Source: Batkoa obscura (lineage: Eukaryota). From it: DNA of 64,000 nt. Positions 1-12,089 of this stretch are shown piece after piece. The notes below the pieces were generated by a model. It made no database searches and was not told the origin of the DNA. It saw only the letters and a list, made by a program, of their open reading frames with translations. The stretch lies in NCBI GenBank assembly GCA_030770535.1, contig JASVEC010000002.1, forward strand, positions 1,488,001 to 1,552,000, given 5' to 3'. The translations under genes were made by a program, and so were the position numbers. Every line of letters starts with the position of its first letter. The stretch's first letter is position 1.

Positions 1-313
1 ATAGATAGTACTGATGTAAAATTTACGTAAAATACTATCAAGAAAACTAAGTAGCTTTATTGAATGTACGAGATATCAGGGAATAATTTAGTTAAAAAAC
101 CCCAAGCTATACTATGTTCTAAAATCTCTTTTATACTTTGACAAGTACAAATATTAAAACGGGAAGATAATATTCTTTGGGATAAAGCTAAAAATTCTCA
201 TAGCAAATCAAACTAAGAGCGTGGAATTGACTGTCTCTGAACTCGAGAACATAACAACCTAAGTGATTATTATGCTATAGTCAACCATGGAGCTGACAAA
301 GCGATATTTTACA
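1..313. mobile_element. Partial copy of ~463 bp TGTGAAAT...ATTTCACA element (solo LTR or Ginger-like), cut by window start
   Basis: Aligns by eye with 21770-22083 and ends in GCGATATTTTACA. Confidence 0.85.
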
Positions 314-919
314 ATATATAACATTGACACGTATAATCTCTATTATAAATAATGAAAAATATTTATTTTGTTGTGTAAAAAAATATTAATATAATATGGA
401 TATTAAAAAATTATTCTTTCTACTTTATTTTTTAATAGAAACAAAAATGTTCTACAGTAATGAACGCTTATTTTAGGATATAGGTAGTATGTCAAATCAT
501 TTTGAACATGGTTTATCATTATTGTTTAAATATTATTAATAGTTTTAAACTTATCAAAAATTCTATTTAAAAAATAGGCTTTATTATCAAAATCATAATA
601 ATTAACATGTTTCTGTTAAATTTTCCTAAACAGAATTTGGCATTTTAATTTTGCACTCATAAATTTAATCATAACTTTTTGTGTTATATTCAACAAATAC
701 AAATCTAAAGTTCAGCTCTACCTTTAGATATACTTGATAGTAAATATATTTGGTCAAATTGTTTATTAAATAAAAAAGAATTCATTCATTATTTACTTTA
801 GTTTCCAAATGATAATATTTTAATTCAAAGCAAAACTAGAAACAAATTAAACTAGACTTGAAATCAATTTAATTTCCAAAATTAGCAAATATCAATCATA
901 ACATCAAAACAGAATATAC

Positions 920-1056
920 TATTATTACATTTTAAACGTAGATTGGACTTTTTAATTTTGTATTTGTTAGATACAAAAATAGAAAATTTTTAGATAATAA
1001 ATTCAGTAAATACAAAATTTAAAAGCCCAATTCACGTTCAAAATATAGTAGTAATA
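920..1056. repeat. Small imperfect inverted repeat (~45 bp arms), possible decayed MITE
   Basis: 920-965 (tattattacattttaaacgtagattggactttttaattttgtattt) is roughly the reverse complement of 1008-1056. Confidence 0.55.
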
Positions 1057-1240
1057 AAATAAGTTGAACTCAAAAACCGCTCGATTAAAAAAGCGGTTTA
1101 TTTCAAAATAAAAATAATGAAAATTTGATAAGTGTTGAGTAAACGATTATAAGAAGAGGTAACTAAGTGGAAGTAAAATACAAAAAACATTAGGGTAAAA
1201 AAAAGTAAATTAAACTTTTAAAAAAAGATAAATTCAAAAC

Positions 1241-1250
1241 TATATAAATA
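1241..1250 (+). promoter_or_regulatory. TATA box of 1380 gene
   Basis: TATATAAATA ~135 bp upstream of the ATG. Similar TATA boxes precede the paralogues (~2793, ~4118, ~7517, ~9300, ~10798, ~11973). Confidence 0.55.
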
Positions 1251-1379
1251 GTCAAGAGAATAAAGAGGGATTTAGTAGAACTAATAATTTATTTCATTTA
1301 TAGTATTTAACTCCTTACTGTCCTTAATAATTATCTAATATACTTAATTTTCTAATAATTTTCTAATATCTATACAAAC

Positions 1380-1871
1380 ATGAAATTTAATGTAGTAATC
1401 TTTACACTTTACACTTTATGCACCATTGGTGCCTCACCCCTTCAGCGTAAAGCAGACGCTGGTTTATTGGGCGGTTTATTAGGCAGTGTTTTAGGTGGTG
1501 GATCCGATGGTGGATTATTGGAATCCTTAACAGGTGGGGGCGGGCCAATTGGGGGGCTACTTAATGGAGTAACTGGAGGGACTGGGGGGACTGGAGGTTT
1601 ACTTGGTGGTGTTGTAGGTGGTAACAATGATGGATTATTATCCAATTTACCAGTCACCGGAGGTAATAAAAACAAAATGACAGTTGGTAATGGGATTGTT
1701 ACTAGCCTCCCAATGGATGAAACACCAATTGGTAGAGGAAGTAATAATAATGGATTGTTAGGGGGGATTCCAGTGGCTGGAGAAATTTTAGGTAGACCTG
1801 GCAATAATGGGTTGGTTTCAGGGATTCCAGTAGCTGGTAATATTCTTTCTGACATTGGAGTTGGAGTTTAG
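1380..1871 (+). CDS. Secreted Gly/Leu-rich prepro-protein, family A (full length, two GIPVAG tails)
   Basis: Signal peptide, SPLQRK, GGGSDGGLLE motif, VGNGIV motif, tails GGIPVAGEILG and SGIPVAGNILSDIGVGV; four paralogues nearby. Confidence 0.9.
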   Translation: MKFNVVIFTLYTLCTIGASPLQRKADAGLLGGLLGSVLGGGSDGGLLESLTGGGGPIGGLLNGVTGGTGGTGGLLGGVVGGNNDGLLSNLPVTGGNKNKMTVGNGIVTSLPMDETPIGRGSNNNGLLGGIPVAGEILGRPGNNGLVSGIPVAGNILSDIGVGV

Positions 1872-1925
1872 TTAATATTTTTTAAATAAAATTAATATTT
1901 GTTTTAAATTTCACTAATATTATAT

Positions 1926-2123
1926 GGGGATGTTTTTTTTGGCTTCATTTTTTCCATCTTTTAAGCGCCATTTGAGCGGAAAAATTATTAGCAAAATTCT
2001 TAAACACAAAAATACATCCCCATATGGGGCTGTTTTTTTTAGTTTCATTATTTTTCCATTTTTTAAGCGCTATTTATGTGGAAAAATTGTCAGTAAAATT
2101 CTTAAATACAAAAATACATCCCC
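1926..2123. mobile_element. Two tandem copies of ~98 bp MITE (1926-2021, 2026-2123)
   Basis: GGGG...CCCC ends, separated and flanked by ATAT. Confidence 0.9.
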
Positions 2124-2884
2124 ATATAATATTCGTAATCTGGTGTTTTATCTTCTGTATACAAATATCAAGACTTTATTATTTATTATTTAAATTGAAT
2201 AAGATTTATTAAAAATAATAAAAATAAAATAAATAAGAGATCAAATTGGTGATAAAAAAAGAGATAATATACTTTCCTATTTGGTATGACACCCTAATTC
2301 AACGCATAACTAACGAAAGCTCTAGATGTCCCCCCTTCCCTTACCTTGAGCATTTGTAATAGTCGTGAGAATTTCTTAATATTGTTTCAATTAAAGTCAT
2401 CATAATCTATAAACTCTAAATAATCAACAAGATTTCAAAAAGATTATGATTGAAATAAATATTGGTTGACACTATGCTATTAACATTTAGAATTTAACTG
2501 TCAACTTATTTTAATTAATGAAAATAGACTAGAATTAATTAATGGATTTAGATCATTGAGTGATTTAGTTATTTTTAAAACAATTTTTATTACTATTTGA
2601 TACACTACTAGATGCCCTAGCTTTCTTAACTTAAACTACATTCTAGTGTAGGCTTAAAATTTTTATTAAAGTAATCTAACTAAATTAAAATTTAATATAT
2701 TAAAGTGACCCATTAAGTAAAAATCAACATTTAGAGGCTTATTAGAAAAGGTATTATAAATGCAATAAATATTAATAGAATATTAAAAACAGTATATAAA
2801 AAGTCAAAAGAATAAAAAATCAGTTTTCTATTTTCGTACTAAAAACATCTAAATTCTTACTTTGATAGTATTAATTAAATTATC

Positions 2885-3199
2885 ATGAAATTCAAAAATC
2901 TAATCCTTATCCCGACTACCTTCTATACCGTCTTTTCCATCCCCTTACAGCATAGAGACAATAATCCGTTGGATGGTTTATTAAATATGATTATGGGTGG
3001 GGGTTCCGATGGTGGTATTTTAGAATCCTTGTTTGGTGGTAGTGGTCCTATTGCAGGATTAATAGCCAATATTAACAACCAAGGAGACAATAAAGCATTA
3101 AAAGCTAATTTATTAGTAACTAGTAACAATTTAAACAAAAAAGAAATTGGCAATGGAGTTATTAATGATCTTTTGATACATGAGGAGAATTCTCATTAG
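2885..3199 (+). CDS. Secreted family A paralogue, C-terminally truncated
   Basis: Signal peptide, PLQHR, GGGSDGGILESLFGGSGPIAGL, IGNGVI; decayed tail after the stop. Confidence 0.85.
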   Translation: MKFKNLILIPTTFYTVFSIPLQHRDNNPLDGLLNMIMGGGSDGGILESLFGGSGPIAGLIANINNQGDNKALKANLLVTSNNLNKKEIGNGVINDLLIHEENSH

Positions 3200-4273
3200 A
3201 TATGAGGATAATAAGATTAAAGAGTAAAGTTTCATTGACTGGAAAGATACTGACTGATATTGGGTTGGAGTTTAAATAACTTTTTTTAATAAAATGGGGT
3301 TTGAAGCTTTATTTTCTTAATTCTATTAATACATTGAATGGTTTAAATATAATATGAGCTTGCCTAGTATTAATTTAGTTACTAAGTTCAAGGCAGAAAG
3401 ATTACCAAATGGTCACTATTCCATAACATTTAAAAACATTGTAATTAACAATCAATTAATCCAAACTAATTAACAAATCTCAAAAACGATTAATAGGGTA
3501 AATAAACTAGAAAATAAATTATTGCCGATTATAGTCCAAATAATAATATTATTTCAGTCAAGATAAAATTCAAACTCAATTCGAATTCAAGATAATTTAC
3601 TTAATCTTATTAAAGTTCTAACATTGATAATTCATATATGTAGTTCTTGTTTATTGAACTTTTTTGTTCTTTTTTATATCCAGTAAAAATCATATATTAA
3701 AAATCACTTTAAATTAAATGCTTGATTATAAAATTCAAGAAATGGATCTGAAGTTGAAGTTTATTGAATTTTAATAAAGCAATTGAAAAAGCGTCCATCT
3801 TCTTTAGTTTTCCACCTATATTCTAAGTTTTGTGTAAAAGTGAAGATCGGAGAAATATTGTACCTATGGATAAACTAATCCGTCTATGAAAACAAATTAA
3901 TATTAACTTATCCATTGTTAGTAATACATATCTATTAATAAATAAAAGTATATTATTATTGATTGAAAACTTAAAATAGCATTAATTAATGGAAATTAAA
4001 TCCAATATTATATATTAAAAAGTGGCATTAACTAAACTGGGAGGGTTTGACTTCAAATAAAAAAATAAAAATAATAAAACTAGATAAAAATAATATTATT
4101 AAACTAAGTTAGAATACTATATAAATACACCTAAAAATAAGCTTTTAACTTTTAAAATCAACTGAAAACTAATTAGTATATCTATTGTTAATATTTGTAT
4201 TCAACTTAATATCTTAATATCTTAGTATTTTTAATTATATAATAACATCATTTCAATTTCAAATATCAAAGCT

Positions 4274-4585
4274 ATGAACTTGATCTCAATAATCTTAGTT
4301 TTCTTTACTTTCTATTCCGTTATATGTTTCCCTCTTGGACGACGAGCTAATAGTCCAAACCCTATGAACGGATTAGTCGACTTAATGATGGGTCAAGGCT
4401 CCGAAGGTGGTTTATTAGAACTATTGTTTAATGGTAATGGACCTATTGGAAGTTTAATTTATAATGCAGCCAAATTATCGAGTGGCGAAGTTGGTAGTGG
4501 CAATCATGGTTTAAGAGCTAACTTATCAGTGGGAAAGGGCCAAAGAAATAACAAAGTTGGGAATGGAGTTGTTGATAATCTTTGA
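4274..4585 (+). CDS. Secreted family A paralogue, C-terminally truncated
   Basis: Signal peptide, PLGRR, GQGSEGGLLELLFNGNGPIGSL, VGNGVV. Confidence 0.85.
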   Translation: MNLISIILVFFTFYSVICFPLGRRANSPNPMNGLVDLMMGQGSEGGLLELLFNGNGPIGSLIYNAAKLSSGEVGSGNHGLRANLSVGKGQRNNKVGNGVVDNL

Positions 4586-5542
4586 AGAAATCGAAGAAAT
4601 TCTCAATTGATTTAAAGAGAGACAGGAGTGTGGGATTTTTGACTAAGTTCGTTATGGGCCATTGGTGGTTGGGCTTGGTACCTAATTTAAACCTTTTTTT
4701 ATTAAAACTATTTTTAAGCTTTGAAGCTAATAGCGTTATTACTCTTCCTACTACAATTTTTGCTTTAGTCCAAAAAAAATCGCCTGGTCTATGATTCAAA
4801 AGAGATTTCGTCTGATTTTGATAAACCAAGGCAAAAATTATGAGAGAAGTATATTTTTTATCCACTGTTTTTTATTTTTAGAACAATTTAAAATTTTACT
4901 AAAATTTTCAAATAAAAGAGCTTTCTATTTTTAGATACTCATGCTTGGTTTACTTTGCAGTAAATTAACTTAAAATTAAGCTTTAAGTTTAGTCAAACAT
5001 ATATAGTAGATATTTAGTTGATTTTTATAATTAAATAATAACATTTCATTAAAAAGCTTTATATTAGTATTTTTAATTTTAATTTTAATTTTAAACTAGT
5101 TTATTAAATTCTATTTAACATGCTAAGTACTGTCTTGATTTGTATACCATAATAATTTTAACTATTGAAAGTTTTTATTAAAATAAATCTATTAAAAATC
5201 ATACCTTATAAAAACCTTAAAATTTTTTTATTAGCTATGTAAAATATTTATTCTAAAATAAACCTTGATTTGACTTTCGTTAAAAACAAAGATAAAAACT
5301 TTTGAATATATATAATATTATAGTATTATAATATAGTAAATTAGTTAAAAGCATTGTTTATTTATGAAATTTTATAGTTTTATAATTTTAAATAACAATT
5401 TTATAAATTTGATACTATTAACTAATATTGATTATATAATTTTAGTCAATATTAAATTCTAAGATCAACATCCTAGGCGTACTTTTAGTTTAATACCTCT
5501 ATAACAATCCATTTTAATGTAATAAATTTTTATTCGTAATAA

Positions 5543-5638
5543 GGGGATGTATTTTTGTGTTTAAGAATTTACTAACAGTTTTTCGCCTAAATTTGTTTAA
5601 AAGGTAGAAAAAGTGATGAAGCCAAAAAAAACGTCCCC
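5543..5638. mobile_element. ~98 bp MITE
   Basis: Family sequence; ATAA on both sides. Confidence 0.9.
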
Positions 5639-6484
5639 ATAAGTTAGTTGAATAAATAAATAAACTTGTTTAAATATTTAAATTATTTGTTTTCATAATA
5701 TAAAAGCAATACCTAGTGGTTAGAATTAAAAGCAGTTTTTGCTTGATTAACTAGCTATAAATTGAAGAATCCTAATTTGTATAAGATAGACTTGAATTAT
5801 AAAAAGTCAAATATAATAAATTACAAGCTATATAGAACAAATAAAACAAAAGATATTGCTATAAAATCTATACAAAATGCTATTAGAAAAACTTAGCAAC
5901 TTTGTTAAAAATACAATATCAGAAAATACTTTAAAAAAAAATTAAGTTGTTATATTAAAAAAACTTACACTTTAACTAAATGGTTATATATAAAAACATA
6001 ATAATAGTTATTTTTTATTATAGTTACGAAATATAAATATCAAAAGAACAAAGCGATGTTCCTTGTAATTAAATAGTAAATATTTTTATAGCAAATTAAA
6101 ATAAAAAACTCTGAATTAGTTATATTATATAAATCATAATTAAATTGATTATAAAGCTGATAAAGCAACATTTCACAACTATTATTAGTTTATAATAATC
6201 TTAATAAAAATGCTATCAATGATTTTTTAAAGCAAATTCAAATTTAAAAAAATTTTAAAAGGTGATATAGCAAAAAATTAAGGTCAAGTCAAATTTAGCT
6301 ATATAAAGTTATATAAAAGAGGGGTTGTAGCTTGCAAAATACAGCACTTTAAAATAAAAGAATTTAGCAATACCAAAATAATAAAACGCCTATAAGTGAC
6401 TTATACCTGATTTGACTTTTTTAAATTAATTGACTGTTTACCTAAATATAATTTTAACTAAATATAAAACTATAGGTTAGATAA

Positions 6485-6578
6485 GGGAATGTTTTTTGGC
6501 CTGATCACTTTTTCCATTTTTTAAGCGCTATTTGAGTGGAAAATTTAGTAAAATTCTTAAACACAAAAATATAGCCTC
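6485..6578. mobile_element. ~98 bp MITE, diverged
   Basis: Family sequence; ATAA/GTAA flanks. Confidence 0.8.
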
Positions 6579-6589
6579 GTAAGCTGTTA

Positions 6590-7103
6590 AGTCTATATTA
6601 CAAGGTTTTATGAAATAAAAACACATATTCAACAAATAAAAGATTTACAGCTAAATAAGCAAATGGGGATGTATTTTTGTATTTAAGAATTTTACTAGTA
6701 ATTTTTCCACTCAAATAGCGCTTAAAAGATGGAAAAAGTAATGAAGTCAAAAAAAACACTCCCAAATATTGATTTTTAATAACTTTGTAACTCTATTATG
6801 ATCTAATTTGTGATAAGTTTAAAGCTAAATACTTGCTAATTTTGCTTTTTAATATATATAGTCTTAACTTTACTTAATTTTAGCAAAAATTTATTGAATA
6901 AACTGTTAAGTATATCGCAATGCAATTATAAGGTTACTACAGTTAAGAAAAATCTTTGCTTGCTAATTTAGCTTCAAAATTATCGCAAATTAGATCGTAA
7001 TAGAGTTACAAAGTTATTAAGAATCAATATTTGCTTATTTAGCTGTAAATCTTTTATTTGTTGAATATGTATTTTTATTTCATAAAACCTTGTAATATAA
7101 ACC
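6590..7103. mobile_element. Foldback element with ~140 bp inverted arms; left arm interrupted by a MITE
   Basis: 6590-6664 plus 6768-6830 is the near-perfect reverse complement of ~6965-7103. Confidence 0.85.
6665..6763. mobile_element. ~98 bp MITE nested in foldback arm
   Basis: AAAT duplicated; the opposite arm has a single AAAT (empty site). Confidence 0.95.
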
Positions 7104-7626
7104 TATACCCTATATGCAAGTTTCATAAATTAGTTAATAACAAAAATTAGCACCAAATAGGTTGCAAAAGGGTAGAAGTGACTGTAATATAACAACTAAA
7201 AAGTTGAGTTTCATAATATTTATAACTATTTTACCTTTCAAAGATTAATATGTAAAGAATATCAAGCCTTAGGCTGAAATAGCTCCTTTTATTAAAATGA
7301 AGTAAAATTAATTAACTTGGGCATCGTCAACAATTTTGTTCCATTTATAAATATAAGTTTTTTTATTAGTTGGTAAAATATTGAAATAATATTAGACTAG
7401 TAAAGCTCAATCAATTAGTATAGATTAAAAAGTGGAAGTCAATAGTTGGGAGGGTTTAATATCAAAAAACATTGGTTGACTAAAAATGAACTAAATAATA
7501 AAAATTATTTGAAACCTATATAAAAAACTAGAAAACTAAAATTTGATTTGGATTTTATATCCAAAATTAAATAATTTAATACTTTGATAGTATTATTTAT
7601 TATTTATTATTTAGAAACTTCTTATT

Positions 7627-7965
7627 ATGAAACTTCTTATACTAATCCTATTCCTTTTTGTTGTATTTCCCATTTCTCCTTTTCCCTTACAACGTAGAGC
7701 CAATACTCCAAGAGGTGGTTTGCTAAATATTTTCTTGGGTGGTGGTTCCGATGGTGGTTTATTAGAAATTTTATTTAACGGGAGTGGACCTATAGGAGGC
7801 TTAGCATTCAACGCAGCTAGACTCTCTAGTGGCGAAGTTGGGAGTGGTAATAATGGATTACGAGGTAATTTGTTAATAGGTGGAAGCCGAGGGAATAAGA
7901 AAGAAGTTGGGAATGGAATTGTAAATAGTTTACCAACGGATGAAGAAAACTTTCAGTCGATCTGA
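7627..7965 (+). CDS. Secreted family A paralogue, tail frameshifted
   Basis: Signal peptide, PLQRR, GGGSDGGLLEILFNGSGPIGGL; closest to the 4274 gene (shared LSSGEVGSGN). Confidence 0.88.
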   Translation: MKLLILILFLFVVFPISPFPLQRRANTPRGGLLNIFLGGGSDGGLLEILFNGSGPIGGLAFNAARLSSGEVGSGNNGLRGNLLIGGSRGNKKEVGNGIVNSLPTDEENFQSI

Positions 7966-8518
7966 ATATGATAGGATAATGAATATGATTCCACTGGCTG
8001 GATATGTACTTTTAGATATAAGAGTTGAGAATATGAGGATGTTCCACTGGTTGGACATGTATATTTGAAAGTTGAACATGTACTTTCAGGTACAAGAGCT
8101 GAAGTCTAAGTGTCGAATTTTTTTAATAAAGCTATTTTGAAGTTTTTTTATTAATGAATTTTAATAACAAATCGATTGTATTTTTTACTATATTAAAAAA
8201 TGGATAAATACGAGGTGTATGAAAAAGTCAAAAGACAAAAGCAAAGATAGGGAAGTAAAATAATAAGATAATAATGAGACTACCTTTTCAATTGTTGTAA
8301 AAATGAACTAAATTAAGATACAATAGAGCAATTAGTATTATAACAAAGTTTTTTTCGTAAAGATAAATATTACACTATAGCTGATATATACGCCAAGCTT
8401 ATTGTTGATTTGATTAGTTGTTATTGAGATATAATCAAAGCTTTAAATATGTTACATTGAGGTAGCTTTTTTGTCCCAAGCTAAAAACAAGTTAAATTCT
8501 TGTTAATAATGACTATAT

Positions 8519-8617
8519 GGGGATGTATTTCTGTATTTAAGAATTTTACTAACAATTTTTCCACCCAAATAACGCTTAAAAGATGGAAAAAGTAATGAAG
8601 CCAAAAAAAACAGCCCC
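8519..8617. mobile_element. ~98 bp MITE
   Basis: Family sequence; ATAT TSD. Confidence 0.9.
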
Positions 8618-9415
8618 ATATCTTAAAAATGAGTTATTCAATTGATGTAGAACTTTATAAGCAATATGGGGCATATTTATATATTATTAGATTTGTATGA
8701 AAAAAACCTACTTTATCAAAAAAGTTATGTCTTTGAACTTTTTAATCTATCCTCATAAGTAAAATTTAAAAAAGCATATATATAGAACATTTGTATTATA
8801 TCTATAAAAGAATTAATAATAGCAAATAAGTCAAACAAAGTAGCTTAATATAAAAGGATTTATCTATTAATTTTAATATAAAAAGAAAAAATTTTAAATA
8901 TATTAAAATCTCAATGAAATATTTTAAATTATATTTCGAAATAAAATAATAACAAATAACTCCAAGTTTCACTTTAATATAAAAAAACAAATAATGAAGA
9001 GAATACCACTAAATAACAAATCATCTCAAATAAAATAACAAATAGACATCCGCTTCAATATAAAAATAGTAATAATTATTCGATTGGCTTTACCAATCAT
9101 CAAATAAATCCCCTTTCTTTCTTAACATTACCTTTTTTATCTATTGGTAAACCTAAAAATAACTCATAAAATAATATACACCTTAGATAAATTTTTGAAT
9201 CTATTAAACTGGAGGAAACTGAGTGGTATTAGTAGTTGATAGATAGATAAAAAGATAGATATAAAAAGATTGAAAATAATAATCAAACTATCAAAATAGT
9301 ATATAAAAAGTACATTAAGAATTCAATTTCTATCACAAATCAAATTATTTGAAATTCTTTTATATTTATTTAATTTCCAACTATTAATTAATACTCTATT
9401 GAAAACTTCAATATC

Positions 9416-9721
9416 ATGAAATATAACACTTTAGTATTATTCCTCTTTACTTCCTCCCCTATCTTTTCGCTTCCTCTTCAACGTAGAGATAATGCTAATT
9501 CTCCATTAAATAATATAGCTAACACTGTTTTTGGTTCTGGTTCTGAAGGTGGATTAATGGAACCTATCTTTGGTAATAGCAATCCGATTACTAGTATCGT
9601 TTCCACAGTCAATAGTATCACTAGTAATAATGATGAATTGGTATCAAATATAGTTTCTATTATTAATACAGATAATAATAAAGGGTATGGAATTGTTAAT
9701 CAACTTCCGATAGATGGATAA
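9416..9721 (+). CDS. Secreted family A paralogue, divergent and truncated
   Basis: Signal peptide, PLQRR, GSGSEGGLMEPIFG, GYGIVNQLP. Confidence 0.82.
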   Translation: MKYNTLVLFLFTSSPIFSLPLQRRDNANSPLNNIANTVFGSGSEGGLMEPIFGNSNPITSIVSTVNSITSNNDELVSNIVSIINTDNNKGYGIVNQLPIDG

Positions 9722-10881
9722 ATGAAAGATGATACAACAAAAGAATGCTTTTTAAGGTATTTCGTTAATTGGAAATGAACTCTCGTTTATTGAGCTAAGA
9801 TTTCATAGTTCTTTTTTAATAATAAAATTAATATTCAATGTATTTGTGAATGAAATTACTTTTTTAAATAAATTGAATTAGATAGAAATATAGCTTTATA
9901 ATAACAAATGTATTTTATTGTGGTTATGGCTAGTTTTATTGTTATTAAAAGTGATATTTATATAAAAATATTCATAAAATACAGGGAGTTTATACCTTAT
10001 TTGAAATTTTGAAAACCACTTGTTACTTCAATAGTAAATATCTAATGGAGTTAAAAATTCCTATAAATAAGATCCTAGGATTAGATAATAGATTTGACTA
10101 TGCTTTTTACCAGTGGTCCTTTTTGATCACTTTAAAATCTTAAAGTGAAATGAGAGATAAAAATAATTCAAGTTGGAGTTAAAAGAAAGGCCTATAGTAT
10201 TAGAGTAAGATGAGTAAAAAAATCATCTTATATTATAAAGTAAAAATTTAATGACATATTAAACTAGAATTTCAACTATTACATTGCGTTTTATTGAAAT
10301 ATATTGATTAAATTTAAGGCTACGATTAGGTTACAGTTAATTATATTTTATTAAGCTGATGTAGAATTGAATTTGAGATATTAAAATTTCAATTTTGATC
10401 TATTAAATTAATAATCAAGTACTATTTATGACCCTATTTTTAATAGCATAAACTAGTAATTAACAGAATTTAAGAAAGGATTGATAAAAACTATTCATTT
10501 TAAAAAACTGAGAGGTCCAATTAGCGGTAAAACAAAAGGGTCAAAAAATAAATGCTAATAAAAAAATAACTAGAAATTCAAAGCAAACATTAATAGTTAG
10601 AAATGAAATAACAAACTAAAACATCTTAAAAATTAGTAGAATAAGTAGATAGCATTATGACTAACTAAACTAAAATCAATGAGTTTATTTCGTTATATAT
10701 TAAATCAAAACATTTCCACAGTCCAAGGAACTATGAATATACTCAATTAATATTATGGTTAAATGGGAGGAGTTAAGCTTAAAGAATCAAAAATAAATAT
10801 AAATAGTGCCCTTCACTCATCATAAATTTTAATTAAAAAAAGCCCAATTTTTAATTGAACTTTGTACTTGTCTAATCCAAT

Positions 10882-10916
10882 AATAATATAATATAATATA
10901 ATATAATATAATATAA
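10882..10916 (+). repeat. (ATAAT)n microsatellite in 5' leader of 10936 gene
   Basis: About 6-7 pentamer units visible directly. Confidence 0.8.
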
Positions 10917-10935
10917 ATCTTCCAATAATAACATA

Positions 10936-11577
10936 ATGAACTCAAAATTACTCCTAGCTTTATTCATTCAATTAACCCTTAGTCGTTCTATTGCTTTGAA
11001 TCGACGTCACGAAGGTGAGGATCATGGTAGTATGAGTATCATACCAGTTAAAGAAGATATTAGTCCAAGTGGAAATAGTAATGAAAATGCTGTTGTTCCA
11101 CATGAAACTAAATTTAGTAGTGATCCAATTGTTAATCTACATGAAGATAAGTATGAGATGTATACAAATTCTAATGGTATTTACAAGTGTAAAGCAGAAT
11201 ATCCAGAAGATACAAAAGATTCAAATAATCGACAACAGAATCAAAGTCAACAGCAAAGTCAACAACAAAGTCAAAAGAATAGCGGAGAAGCTCAAAACAA
11301 TCAACAACAAAATCAGGATCATCAGCAGAGCCAACAAAATCAACAACAAAGTCAACAAAATAATGGACAAACTCAAAATAATCAAAATACTCCACATCCA
11401 GAGCATTACGATGGACATCAAATGGATAATCAACCACAAAATAAAGATATTTATACATCAACTAAAACTCCCACACCTTTACCTGAAAAGAAAACTAGTT
11501 TATTAAGTGGAATACCTGTGATTGGTAATATAGCATCCTCTTTAGGAATTGATTCATTATTAGGCGGAATCTATTAA
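10936..11577 (+). CDS. Secreted prepro-protein, family B (His-initiated, Q/N-rich, IPVIG tail)
   Basis: Signal peptide, LNRR|HEGEDHGSM, YTNSNGIYKCKAEY, Q/N tract, EKK then LLSGIPVIGNIASSLGIDSLLGGIY. Confidence 0.9.
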   Translation: MNSKLLLALFIQLTLSRSIALNRRHEGEDHGSMSIIPVKEDISPSGNSNENAVVPHETKFSSDPIVNLHEDKYEMYTNSNGIYKCKAEYPEDTKDSNNRQQNQSQQQSQQQSQKNSGEAQNNQQQNQDHQQSQQNQQQSQQNNGQTQNNQNTPHPEHYDGHQMDNQPQNKDIYTSTKTPTPLPEKKTSLLSGIPVIGNIASSLGIDSLLGGIY

Positions 11578-12089
11578 ATATGACAGGAAGTGGGATGCTT
11601 ATAGTTTGAAACTTAAGGAAATAAATATAATACTAGTTATTATTATAAACTAAAAAACAGTATTTTCTTTAAAGTTTTTATGAAGTTGAATATTTTTACG
11701 AAATTTTTTAAAAATTTTTGTTTTATTTTCATTAATATTATTTTTATTTCAACTTAAATTAAGAATTTGAAATCATCTAAAAATAAATCCAACTTATTAA
11801 TTTTTTAATTGTGTTATATTAATTAAATATTCTAGATTAACAGTCCACTACCTTTAGAATTCTAATTAAATTTTAAAGGCTAAATAGGAGGTTTTAATAA
11901 TACAATTCGTAAGAGTTTTTTAAAATTCAAGGATCTTAAGACTTTGTGTTTTTATTCTTTAAAGTTCAGTAATATAAATACTCCCACTTGATCTACATTA
12001 AATCTCTAAAAATAATAACAAACTATCAATTTGAAATTGAAGTTAACAGCTAATCTTATAATAATAATATCAATTAATATTCCAATATA

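Noticed and set aside
1442..1855. Pro-rich antisense ORF, and similar shadow ORFs at 2923, 7611, 11069-11461, 12288-12611, 32037-32373, 35640, 42196, 58149
   Set aside because: Alternative-frame or antisense shadows of low-complexity real genes.
1924..2212. Short ORFs starting MG(M/V/L)FF, also at 12839, 12890 and 18795
   Set aside because: They are translations of the MITE sequence, not a gene family.
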